Virus record (IMG/VR): IMGVR_UViG_3300014914_000499
From: a virus
DNA: 23,512 nucleotides
Reading direction: 5' to 3' (one strand)
Shown in pieces: positions 1-7,768 of the stretch. The stretch's first letter is position 1, and each line of letters opens with the position of its first letter. The notes beneath the pieces are model-generated. The model saw only the letters and a program-made list of their open reading frames with translations. It was not told the origin of the DNA and did no database searches. A program made the translations under genes and the position numbers.

Positions 1-13
1 CTTAATGTCCTCA

Positions 14-1870
14 TTACTCATAAGCCGAAGCATAACCATTACCTCCATAATACACTTTCCGTGTTGTATACTCACGTAGTCTCTCACTACTCCATGCCCG
101 TAATGGTGAGAAGTAGCCCACTACTCTAGTCATCCTCTGAACCTGTGTACTACCACACGTAGGACAGGCGTCAGTACCAACAAACGTGGAACCACATAAG
201 GAACACTGTGAAATAACGTAATTAACCGCGAAGTACGTTGTATGCTTCGCTGCGAATCTAACCACTTTACGCATCTGATGACTATCAAGTCGCTCACCTG
301 TGTTTATGTGTAGTATCCCACCCCCTGATAACAATTTATCGAGTCTACCCGCTACTTCTATCCGCTCACGGAGCGGAACATCAAGACTAAGAGGCAAAAG
401 TTGATTACTATAACCCTCTACTCCATAAGCGTCGTCAAACAAGTACTTATCCATCCCTGCCAAAGTAAACGCCGCTTGTTCAGCAGGGATCATCTCCACA
501 TTGTAAAACACACCATCGCGCCGAGAACGGTCCTTAGATATATCATTAAGCCGTGTCAGCACCTTAAACATAATTTCATATAACTCGTGGCCGTTTACAC
601 GTGCTAAACGATCCGCTGCTTCATACAATCCATTTATACCAATAGTTGAGAACATACGTTTAGTTGAGAGATAGTTATACGTAAAGGGCCATAAAAAGTT
701 CTGACGAATTCTCTCTTCAATTAACTGGCGGTGTGCATATAAAATATCACAACAGTCATTAGCTGCTTCACTCAATTTATCAAAGAAGTCGGTAAACGAG
801 GATGCCTGTAATGCAAGCCTAGGCAAGTTCAACGTTACAACCCGAAGCGAGCCTGTCCCAATATCACCTGATCCAAATGCGTTTAAGCGAGGAAGAGATT
901 CAAGATCTAAGCTAAGCCTGCAACACATACTTAGCTTAGCGGCGGTATCACAATAAATATTCCACACGCCTAAAGGTGTGTTCCACTCAACTAATGAATC
1001 CAAGAAACGCTCATCGGACAAATCGTTCGATATGTTAGCTGTAAGGACTGGAAACCTGTAAGGAACACCATCAACACCCTCAGACACGAGTTCAGCAAAG
1101 ACTCTTTGGACCCGGTCCACTTCTTTCCAATCCAAAGTCTTTCCGTTCAGTGAATAACTTTTAAACGTGGACGCGTAATGTACTTTGTCGTAAATTGATA
1201 GATTCGAGAACAAGCTCTGAAATCCGCCAGTTCGCATATTCCTATTAAGCTTATATAACACGCTCTGCAAAACTTGTCTAATCTCCCTATCAGAAACCCC
1301 TTTTGTGTAAAACGACAGTGTTACCAAGAAGTCCGGTGCAGCAACAGCACCCGCTACTGTGTTACCCAAATTGAACATCGTTTCAACAACCTGGCCGGCA
1401 AAAGAATCTAAGTGCTTGGGAGGTTTTGGTACTGGTGGTGCGTCATAAGGCATTCCCTCCACCGCGACGCGCAAAGTAGCGAACGATACACAGTAAGGTA
1501 CTTGAACTAACGGGCCCGACGCGTCATGGAAATAGAAGTCACCCAACAAGATTCTGGTCAGAAGCTGTGTGGCTCGTTCGGCCCCGTAAAGCTTACGACA
1601 AACCTTCCATATCAGAAAAAAACCATGTAGCTTGAATAACGGTTTCGTCAGCTCATTAGTGTAGCTGGCTAGGTCCCTTTTATTGTTCGTGTTTGCGTTC
1701 TTATCGATCGAAAAGTCTACTGAGGGACACTGGAAGTGTTCCTTTGACCTTCGGGAGTAATCTAAGTGCTTTTGTGAAATCCCTAAAAACGCCAAACACT
1801 TTGGGTACTCCTTCTCAAATGTGTAGTACAACTTGTCAAAATCATCCGAAAAAGTAACCGCAATTTGCAT
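14..1870 (-). CDS. nrdD: Class III (anaerobic) ribonucleoside-triphosphate reductase, no N-terminal ATP cone
   Basis: 618 aa ORF. It has GDFYFHD, PYCVSF (first Cys), SMCCRL (second Cys), a C-terminal Zn site CSLCG..CPTCG and the glycyl-radical loop MTRVVGYF. SD GGAGGGGA lies upstream and the activase gene is adjacent. Confidence 0.95.
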   Translation of the reverse strand: MQIAVTFSDDFDKLYYTFEKEYPKCLAFLGISQKHLDYSRRSKEHFQCPSVDFSIDKNANTNNKRDLASYTNELTKPLFKLHGFFLIWKVCRKLYGAERATQLLTRILLGDFYFHDASGPLVQVPYCVSFATLRVAVEGMPYDAPPVPKPPKHLDSFAGQVVETMFNLGNTVAGAVAAPDFLVTLSFYTKGVSDREIRQVLQSVLYKLNRNMRTGGFQSLFSNLSIYDKVHYASTFKSYSLNGKTLDWKEVDRVQRVFAELVSEGVDGVPYRFPVLTANISNDLSDERFLDSLVEWNTPLGVWNIYCDTAAKLSMCCRLSLDLESLPRLNAFGSGDIGTGSLRVVTLNLPRLALQASSFTDFFDKLSEAANDCCDILYAHRQLIEERIRQNFLWPFTYNYLSTKRMFSTIGINGLYEAADRLARVNGHELYEIMFKVLTRLNDISKDRSRRDGVFYNVEMIPAEQAAFTLAGMDKYLFDDAYGVEGYSNQLLPLSLDVPLRERIEVAGRLDKLLSGGGILHINTGERLDSHQMRKVVRFAAKHTTYFAVNYVISQCSLCGSTFVGTDACPTCGSTQVQRMTRVVGYFSPLRAWSSERLREYTTRKVYYGGNGYASAYE

Positions 1871-1909
1871 AATCCCCTCCTAACTCTGTGACTAGGTCTC
1901 GATTGTAGG

Positions 1910-2548
1910 TCAGCGTAAATCCTGCGGCAAGGTAAGGGGTGAAAGGGGCTTCCGCTTAAAAAGTTGGGGACCCTGAAGCGAATACTCTTGAAACATAAGC
2001 TCGGGGAACTGACGCTTGAGTGTGTACAAATCCTCAACTGTATGAATAGGTGTACAAACCGTAGTGCGAAGCTGATATGGCTTAGAGTGAGTACGAATAA
2101 ACTCTACTGATTTTCGAATGTTGTGTAGCTGCTTTTGTGTGATCGGCGTCACAAGTTCATATTTTTCCCAGAGATGTTTAACATCAATAGCTACGTAATC
2201 GACACGAGAATACAGAGTTTTAAGTTTATCAAAGAACGTTCCATTCGTATCGACCTTCACCTTAAAACCCCATTTCTTCAACTCCTCACAAAACACGACC
2301 AGTACATCTAGGGGTTGATTCAGCGGTTCACCACCAAGCAAGCACACTCCTGTATAAAAACCACCTCCCTCTTTCACGAAATCTAAAACCTGCTTGACTG
2401 TCATTTGTGGAGGTTTCACTACAACATCCGCATTACTACAATACTGGCAGCGTAGATTACACCCCGAGAAGAAGACTGTTACAGGCACCTCGCCTGGAAA
2501 GTCCAAAAAACTACCGTCTAAAACGGAATGAATTCGCTTTTTATTCAT
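1910..2548 (-). CDS. nrdG: Radical SAM activating enzyme for anaerobic RNR
   Basis: CxxxCxxC (GCNLRCQYC), GGEPL and DTNG motifs; directly upstream of nrdD. Confidence 0.9.
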   Translation of the reverse strand: MNKKRIHSVLDGSFLDFPGEVPVTVFFSGCNLRCQYCSNADVVVKPPQMTVKQVLDFVKEGGGFYTGVCLLGGEPLNQPLDVLVVFCEELKKWGFKVKVDTNGTFFDKLKTLYSRVDYVAIDVKHLWEKYELVTPITQKQLHNIRKSVEFIRTHSKPYQLRTTVCTPIHTVEDLYTLKRQFPELMFQEYSLQGPQLFKRKPLSPLTLPQDLR

Positions 2549-3242
2549 CAGACTTACTAGTAATCTGGGCTGCGTGACTTACTTCTCTCATAAACATTCT
2601 ATGATAAGGGGTACATCCATGAGTAGTAAGCGCGTTCAAATGTTCCTTCGTCCTGTATCCTTTATTAGTCCGTAGACCATAAACCGCCCACTCTGGGTGT
2701 TCATTAACGATCTTACTTATCAACTCATCGTGTACCTCTTTCGCGACAATTGACGCAGCACTTATGGAATAGATGAGCGTATCACCACGTGTTACGCCAA
2801 TCGAGTCCAATTCTGAATCCACAGAGAAATGATCTGACACTACAATGTACTTCCCAGTTGTCTTGTTCAACAAGTCCTTCAAGGCCCGTTGCCGCGCAAT
2901 ATCCCCTGCCTTTTCAATGTTAGACACATAGTTAACCTCATCTGGTTCCGTCACACCAATCCCTACTGTTAACTGTGATTGAATCAACCTGTTCAAGGTC
3001 GCCCTCATTTTGGGCTTCAATGACTTTGAATCAGCTACTCCTGAAATCACTTCATGTGAAGGTGTAACTAAGACCGCAGCTGCCACAACAGGTCCAAAAA
3101 TAGCACCGATTCCTGCTTCATCAATCCCAATGACTCCCCGATACTTAAAGCTGAACAGAAGCAACTCTAAATCAAAAGGGTTTCTACACAACTTCTTGAC
3201 CACAAACTCAAAAAACCGACTAAGCGTTTCAGAATGTACCAT
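2541..3242 (-). CDS. rnhB: Ribonuclease HII
   Basis: GIDEAGIGAIFGPVVAAAV, DSK, RGD, AASIVAK and the bacterial-type C-terminus NKGYRTKEH...TPYHR. Confidence 0.93.
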   Translation of the reverse strand: MVHSETLSRFFEFVVKKLCRNPFDLELLLFSFKYRGVIGIDEAGIGAIFGPVVAAAVLVTPSHEVISGVADSKSLKPKMRATLNRLIQSQLTVGIGVTEPDEVNYVSNIEKAGDIARQRALKDLLNKTTGKYIVVSDHFSVDSELDSIGVTRGDTLIYSISAASIVAKEVHDELISKIVNEHPEWAVYGLRTNKGYRTKEHLNALTTHGCTPYHRMFMREVSHAAQITSKSDE

Positions 3243-3243
3243 A

Positions 3244-4053
3244 CTAACCCCTTAACCAATTGGCCCGCATTGGCCACTTCACAAGGTGACCATCTTTAAT
3301 GTACCTACTTGGTGTAAACCCAATATCAAATAAGTCGCATTGCACAATAAGTCGATCCCGTACACTAGGTATTTCCATAGCATTAGCCACTAAATTCCCG
3401 TATGTAACTTCAGCTTCGGTAGAACCAATCAAACACTGTTTGACTCTCATAGAATACGGTAACACTCTCAGATCAATCTTCCGAAACCTAACCACTACTC
3501 TACTCACATTCCCCTCCAAAACCACTAAATTGTCTTTAGCTGCGTCGAGAGCGTGATTCACCTTATCCACGTCCATGTAACTTGCACGAGCCTTCTTCAA
3601 TACATACCCTGAAGACAGTTTAAACTTCAGCAAAGAGCAAACCGAACAATATCCGACCTCACTACTCAATACAACAAGACGCGGATTCCCAACACCCTCT
3701 AGAATCATAAAGTCGTCACTCAAGTACACCAACTTCATACCTGAACGGACTGACGCGACAGATTCATAATTAACTCTTGTGCGAGCTGGTAAGATCGCAC
3801 GCACTTCTGTATCCCTACAACGGACGAGGAGGTCCTCTTCCAAAAAAGCGTTGCAAACTGACGCGTAGCCTTCGTCCGACAGTAAATCCAAAAACGTTGG
3901 TGTACACCCAACTATGCGGCATAACTGTTGCTTAGCTCGTGGTGACAACGTAAGTAGCTGCCCGTTATACACCACATAGCCACTGTCAGTCAGCTCAACC
4001 CTAGCCACAAAATCGAAACATCCTTTCTTAAAAGCTTTTATTCGATCCAGCAT
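3244..4053 (-). CDS. DUF932-like phage protein (paralog of 21852-22775)
   Basis: LTLSPRAKQQLCRIVGCTPTF aligns with LTLNDTATSQLCSFAGCTVKF, and the C-termini match (YIKDGHLVKWP / YVHDGWVIRWP). The family name is recalled, not searched. Confidence 0.55.
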   Translation of the reverse strand: MLDRIKAFKKGCFDFVARVELTDSGYVVYNGQLLTLSPRAKQQLCRIVGCTPTFLDLLSDEGYASVCNAFLEEDLLVRCRDTEVRAILPARTRVNYESVASVRSGMKLVYLSDDFMILEGVGNPRLVVLSSEVGYCSVCSLLKFKLSSGYVLKKARASYMDVDKVNHALDAAKDNLVVLEGNVSRVVVRFRKIDLRVLPYSMRVKQCLIGSTEAEVTYGNLVANAMEIPSVRDRLIVQCDLFDIGFTPSRYIKDGHLVKWPMRANWLRG

Positions 4054-4228
4054 TACCTTTCACCAAAAATCCTAACCTCATAAAACCTATGTAGCCACAT
4101 TTAGGACACACAGAAGCACATAAACTAAACCAACCCAACATCCTATAAGGAAGGGACTGGGCTAAAACAAAACCACACCGCGGGCAAAAAACTGACTCCC
4201 GTGTTATTCTTCGCTTCGTTTCATCCAT
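4028..4228 (-). CDS. Small Zn-ribbon protein
   Basis: Two CxxC pairs (CPRCG, CPKCG); overlaps both neighbours. Confidence 0.65.
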   Translation of the reverse strand: MDETKRRITRESVFCPRCGFVLAQSLPYRMLGWFSLCASVCPKCGYIGFMRLGFLVKGNAGSNKSF

Positions 4229-4422
4229 TCAGCCAGTAACCGAACCTGATCGCGAAAGGGGGTTAAATCGGACTTCGATGTAAAGAAGTCACCCTCAAGT
4301 GACAACTCCGCCCTCTGTTCACCATTTTGTAACCAAACACGTTCCCCATTTGGGTCAATTATAACCGCCCTGTCTAAACTACGCAGATCAGGTACTAACA
4401 TTAGGAGCTCTTTCACTTTCAC
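4204..4422 (-). CDS. Hypothetical protein (72 aa)
   Basis: Co-oriented ORF with a 4-nt overlap to the upstream gene and a GGAGG SD. Confidence 0.6.
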   Translation of the reverse strand: MKVKELLMLVPDLRSLDRAVIIDPNGERVWLQNGEQRAELSLEGDFFTSKSDLTPFRDQVRLLAEWMKRSEE

Positions 4423-5150
4423 CTCCTTACAAAACCTCTCTCACCATCTAAATCAAATACATCTCCATCTTTCGCAACTTTGATGGGTGCGCCAATCCGT
4501 CTTATAACCTCACATTCTTTTAACTCAATCGTTCGCCTTCCATGATGAGTGAACAAATAGTGCTTATCCCCCAATGCTTTAATTTGTGAAACAACAGAAG
4601 CGTGACCGAAGACTTTACCACCTCTGCGCCGCATGATAGGGGTAGCGGGGCTACTACAGTCACCGACATAAAAGCGGATTTTCTGCTTCCACTGAGACCA
4701 GCCACCAACAGGCGCTACAATGTCAGTGGCGACCATAAGTCTCAAATCAGGGAAGTAGATCGCGCACATGGGACACCTTACACTATGATGTACAGGGACG
4801 AACTCAATCGTGAGCCCTTTCACCTTAACACGACGCTTAACAACCTTCAGGTTCTTAAACTCTATCTTCTTGAAGTACGAGGGGACCGGATCCATATGTG
4901 TCGAAAACTCCCCCATAAAAGTCGGTACTTCAACCTTCTTATCAACTAGTCCTAGCAAATGATCAGGGTGCGAGTGTGAATTTACAAAAGCGTCTGCATC
5001 CAAAACATGACGAAACAACGCGGGCGAGCCACAGTCAATACAAATCTTCACACCCTCCACACTCACTACAGTGCAGGAGTGATACTTTCTCAACGTCGAC
5101 CACTCTTCAATCATCCCCCTTGTACCATATGTATAGACTTTGGTCGACAT
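4419..5150 (-). CDS. Metallo-beta-lactamase-fold hydrolase (PhnP/PqqB/phosphodiesterase-like)
   Basis: HxHxDH (SHSHPDH), VHHS, ATD, GHAS and FTHH metal motifs. Start moved to ATG 5150 (MSTKV), which follows an SD-like GAGGGTGAG. Confidence 0.85.
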   Translation of the reverse strand: MSTKVYTYGTRGMIEEWSTLRKYHSCTVVSVEGVKICIDCGSPALFRHVLDADAFVNSHSHPDHLLGLVDKKVEVPTFMGEFSTHMDPVPSYFKKIEFKNLKVVKRRVKVKGLTIEFVPVHHSVRCPMCAIYFPDLRLMVATDIVAPVGGWSQWKQKIRFYVGDCSSPATPIMRRRGGKVFGHASVVSQIKALGDKHYLFTHHGRRTIELKECEVIRRIGAPIKVAKDGDVFDLDGERGFVRR

Positions 5151-5161
5151 TATCTCACCCT

Positions 5162-5467
5162 CTACATAAGCGTGGAGGGAGTTACCTCCGTGTAGTAATG
5201 CAGCTGACAAATCAACTTACGAATATCAGTTAAGATCAATGTCTTCGCTGTCAGTTGTTGAGGTGTACTGTCCGAAAGTGTTGAGTTCAGTAGATCGTAG
5301 ATGCAAGCAAGAAGACGAATTGACTGCTCTTTTACATCCGCAGTTCGGGACGAGAAATAATCGCCTGGCTGACCTGGGTTCCACGCGGCCAAGCACCAAC
5401 ATGACGCTTTACCTTTCAAAACCTCTGCTATTTGAGACCGTAAGATGTCAATCTCACTTGGTGTCAT
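5162..5467 (-). CDS. Hypothetical protein (101 aa)
   Basis: Co-oriented ORF that fills the gap and overlaps the upstream gene. Confidence 0.55.
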   Translation of the reverse strand: MTPSEIDILRSQIAEVLKGKASCWCLAAWNPGQPGDYFSSRTADVKEQSIRLLACIYDLLNSTLSDSTPQQLTAKTLILTDIRKLICQLHYYTEVTPSTLM

Positions 5468-5732
5468 CTCTAACCTCTCTCAAATCACCTAGAAAACCCC
5501 TTATCTTCTTAACTAGTTTTACAAACTGTTCATTCGTTAATAAGACCGATTCGGAAAATAACCGCTTCCGAGCGCGTCTTTCCGTCTTCAACCAAGCGTT
5601 CTCAAAATCACTTGCCTCAACTTTAGAGATATTAATAACGTCCGTATCTGGAACATACCGGATTGCGACATATACTTTTAAAGGGGTAACATCAGGTGGA
5701 AATCTTCTTTTCATCCCTACTCCTCGGGTCAC
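5454..5732 (-). CDS. Hypothetical basic protein (~90 aa)
   Basis: Co-oriented ORF; start uncertain (5732 or ATG 5714). Confidence 0.55.
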   Translation of the reverse strand: MTRGVGMKRRFPPDVTPLKVYVAIRYVPDTDVINISKVEASDFENAWLKTERRARKRLFSESVLLTNEQFVKLVKKIRGFLGDLREVRDDTK

Positions 5733-5783
5733 AACAGTGAAACGCTAACCCAACTCTTAGTTTACCACATAAAGTACAACTCG

Positions 5784-6053
5784 TCACCTAGTTTTAGGAG
5801 CCATTCGATGTATCTCCTCAGGATTTATCGAATACCTCGCCACCACTTCAGTACCATCTGAGTATTTGCGGATCAAGACCAAATCTTCAGGTACACCCTT
5901 ACTGAACCTACCCAATGATGAACACACAAGTACCGATGTTGGTAACTCGTTAACGTGTCCTGTTTCAGAAATCCACAGAGGTAAAACCGACACTGAGTCA
6001 CAAAATCTAACTAGATCGTCCAATCCATCAACCCCCTTTCTTGAATGCTTCAA
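5784..6053 (-). CDS. Hypothetical protein (89 aa)
   Basis: Co-oriented ORF overlapping the DtxR-like gene. Confidence 0.55.
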   Translation of the reverse strand: MKHSRKGVDGLDDLVRFCDSVSVLPLWISETGHVNELPTSVLVCSSLGRFSKGVPEDLVLIRKYSDGTEVVARYSINPEEIHRMAPKTR

Positions 6054-6402
6054 GCGCTGTCAAAAACTGACTTAAAACGTTACCTGGAGCACTGACAACT
6101 ATATATTCCGCCGTACTTCTAGCAATAGCTGAGCTCATTCCAAGCTCACGAAAAATAGCTGCCAACCTCTGTGCAGAAGTGTATAGAGGCACAGCCAACG
6201 ATTCCCCCTGTGGGGTTAACTCGATATAGCTGTACCTCTCATGTTTAACTAACCCTCTTCGCACTAACCCCTTAACAGTTATTGTCACAGCAGCTTTTGT
6301 CAACCCAAGGTAGTTAGCAACGTCGCGAACCCGGGCGACCTTGTACTTGCGTTGCAAGGTATAGATAGTTAATAAGTAATCTTTAGCTTTCCGCATCCTC
6401 AC
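6028..6402 (-). CDS. DtxR/MntR-family winged-helix transcriptional regulator with a degenerate metal site
   Basis: KDYLLTIY..ARVRDVANYLGLTKAAVT..VKGLVRRGLVKHERYSYIELTPQG is the typical DtxR/MntR N-terminal wHTH. Confidence 0.88.
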   Translation of the reverse strand: MRMRKAKDYLLTIYTLQRKYKVARVRDVANYLGLTKAAVTITVKGLVRRGLVKHERYSYIELTPQGESLAVPLYTSAQRLAAIFRELGMSSAIARSTAEYIVVSAPGNVLSQFLTALEAFKKGG

Positions 6403-6772
6403 TCAGGCCTCTCAAGGCACGCATCATCCCCTCTACAGTTACGAAAGCCATCTCAACAGCTGCAACGGCAACGCATGCTTTCTCAACGCTGCTCATCTGC
6501 CTCCAACGTAAGTGGAGCCACTCTACTCTCCTGGACCGTGTCCTGGTCATAAGGGTTTCGCTCACCAACCCTGTCGCGAGCGAAGTTATCTCGTCAAGCT
6601 TATCTTTAGTTATACCAATAGCATCTGTCAAACTACCTGCCTCGTGATTCAAGGGCTTCCCCGTCTTTGTAAATCCACTTGTCACCTCTTCAAAGTCCGT
6701 ATCGCCCAAAAGCGATACAACTTTCATAAGAGTATGAACAAGCTCCTCGTGACTTAACGATGTAAAATCCAT
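6383..6772 (-). CDS. Hypothetical protein (129 aa)
   Basis: ATG with a GGAGG SD; co-oriented. Confidence 0.65.
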   Translation of the reverse strand: MDFTSLSHEELVHTLMKVVSLLGDTDFEEVTSGFTKTGKPLNHEAGSLTDAIGITKDKLDEITSLATGLVSETLMTRTRSRRVEWLHLRWRQMSSVEKACVAVAAVEMAFVTVEGMMRALRGLSEDAES

Positions 6773-6788
6773 GAACGCCTCCTAAAGA

Positions 6789-7055
6789 TCATACTAATCG
6801 GTTATACATATCGTTCACCTTACTTCTCAACAAGTCAACTCTATTTGTAAGATGCCGCAACGTATCAAGAATGAATGCTGTAGGGCAAAACTCACTTCCT
6901 GGTTCCACCGCCTCATCCTCCGCCGAAGCGTCCTTCAAGTAAATCGAGGCTTTGTTCCTTAAGGCATTTACCGCTTCTTCCAAACCCGAGATCGTCTTCT
7001 CCAAAACACACAACTCTGTTGCGAGTGGTCTTTCTTTAATTGCATCACTCATCAC
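6789..7055 (-). CDS. Hypothetical coiled-coil protein (88 aa)
   Basis: AAAGGAGG SD; heptad-like Leu spacing. Confidence 0.65.
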   Translation of the reverse strand: MMSDAIKERPLATELCVLEKTISGLEEAVNALRNKASIYLKDASAEDEAVEPGSEFCPTAFILDTLRHLTNRVDLLRSKVNDMYNRLV

Positions 7056-7064
7056 TAACCTCCT

Positions 7065-7090
7065 TTAACGTTTTTTTGAAAAAACCGTCC
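7065..7090 (-). terminator. Possible terminator or regulatory element at the 3' end of the array
   Basis: Minus strand reads ACGGTTTTTTCAAAAAAACGT, a weak imperfect inverted repeat with a T-tract, just past the last array repeat. Confidence 0.25.
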
Positions 7091-7768
7091 TACAAATATA
7101 CACACTGATCAATTGGGTCTCACCTTCATTCGGGCTCAAGAAAAAAACACACTATTAGCATGGAACTCACGATCTTAATGGATCGCAGCCTTTTCCATGG
7201 ATCTCACCCGTTCCAAGGCACTATACATCAGTTAGCCGCACCAATTGTTTGGGGCCTCACATCCATTACGGCTCATCATAACATCACACTCCTGACACGG
7301 GTCACACAAATTTTAAGGGGTCGCGTCTTTTTCATGGGCCCCATTTATGATCAGGCATACACACACCGTTGGCACAAGTCACACAACTTCTAAGGCTCGC
7401 ATCCTTCGAGTGGGTCTACACTAATCTTCTAGCTCACATAATCACTCGGGGTCGCATTTTTTCTTTGGATCGCATTATCAATATGGGTCACCCCTGTTCT
7501 ATAGGCCTACGCGCTAGCAAATTAGGTACTCACTTTGTCTAGGGCTCGTAGTTTTACTTTAGGAGCACACTTATTCCACGGCTCGCGTCTCTCCACAAGG
7601 AGCACACTCAATCCACGGCTCGTACGGTAATATAGGTTCTCACATCCTCATGGACTCATAACCACACACCATTCAATTGGGCCACACTATTCATCATGGC
7701 TAAGCTTACGTGCTTACACTCAACACGTGCTCTTTTCATAGGCCCTCACGTGGATTCGTAGGCTCGTT
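7087..7768 (-). ncRNA. TIGR-like array (tandem interspaced guide RNA): ~33 short repeats with ~9-nt spacers, 36-37 nt period, about 16 two-spacer units
   Basis: Minus strand 7643-7524 reads TGAGAACCT-atattaccg-TACGAGCCG-tggattgag-TGTGCTCCT-tgtggagaga-CGCGAGCCG-tggaataag-TGTGCTCCT-aaagtaaaac-TACGAGCCC-tagacaaag-TGAGTACCT. Each spacer has CCN before it and usually UG (sometimes UA/CG) after it. The array starts right after the stop of a Nop/IS110-C-like gene. Confidence 0.88.

Noticed and set aside
1-14. Start of a further gene (ATG overlapping the nrdD TAA, MRTL...)
   Set aside because: Only four codons are in the window, too few to annotate.
7160-7393. Plus-strand 77 aa ORF
   Set aside because: It lies antisense inside the array, has no SD and is opposite to all real genes.
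7087-7768. CRISPR array or simple VNTR
   Set aside because: Repeats are ~9 nt, of two alternating degenerate types, with 9-nt unique spacers. There are no 23-47 nt identical repeats and no cas genes in the window.
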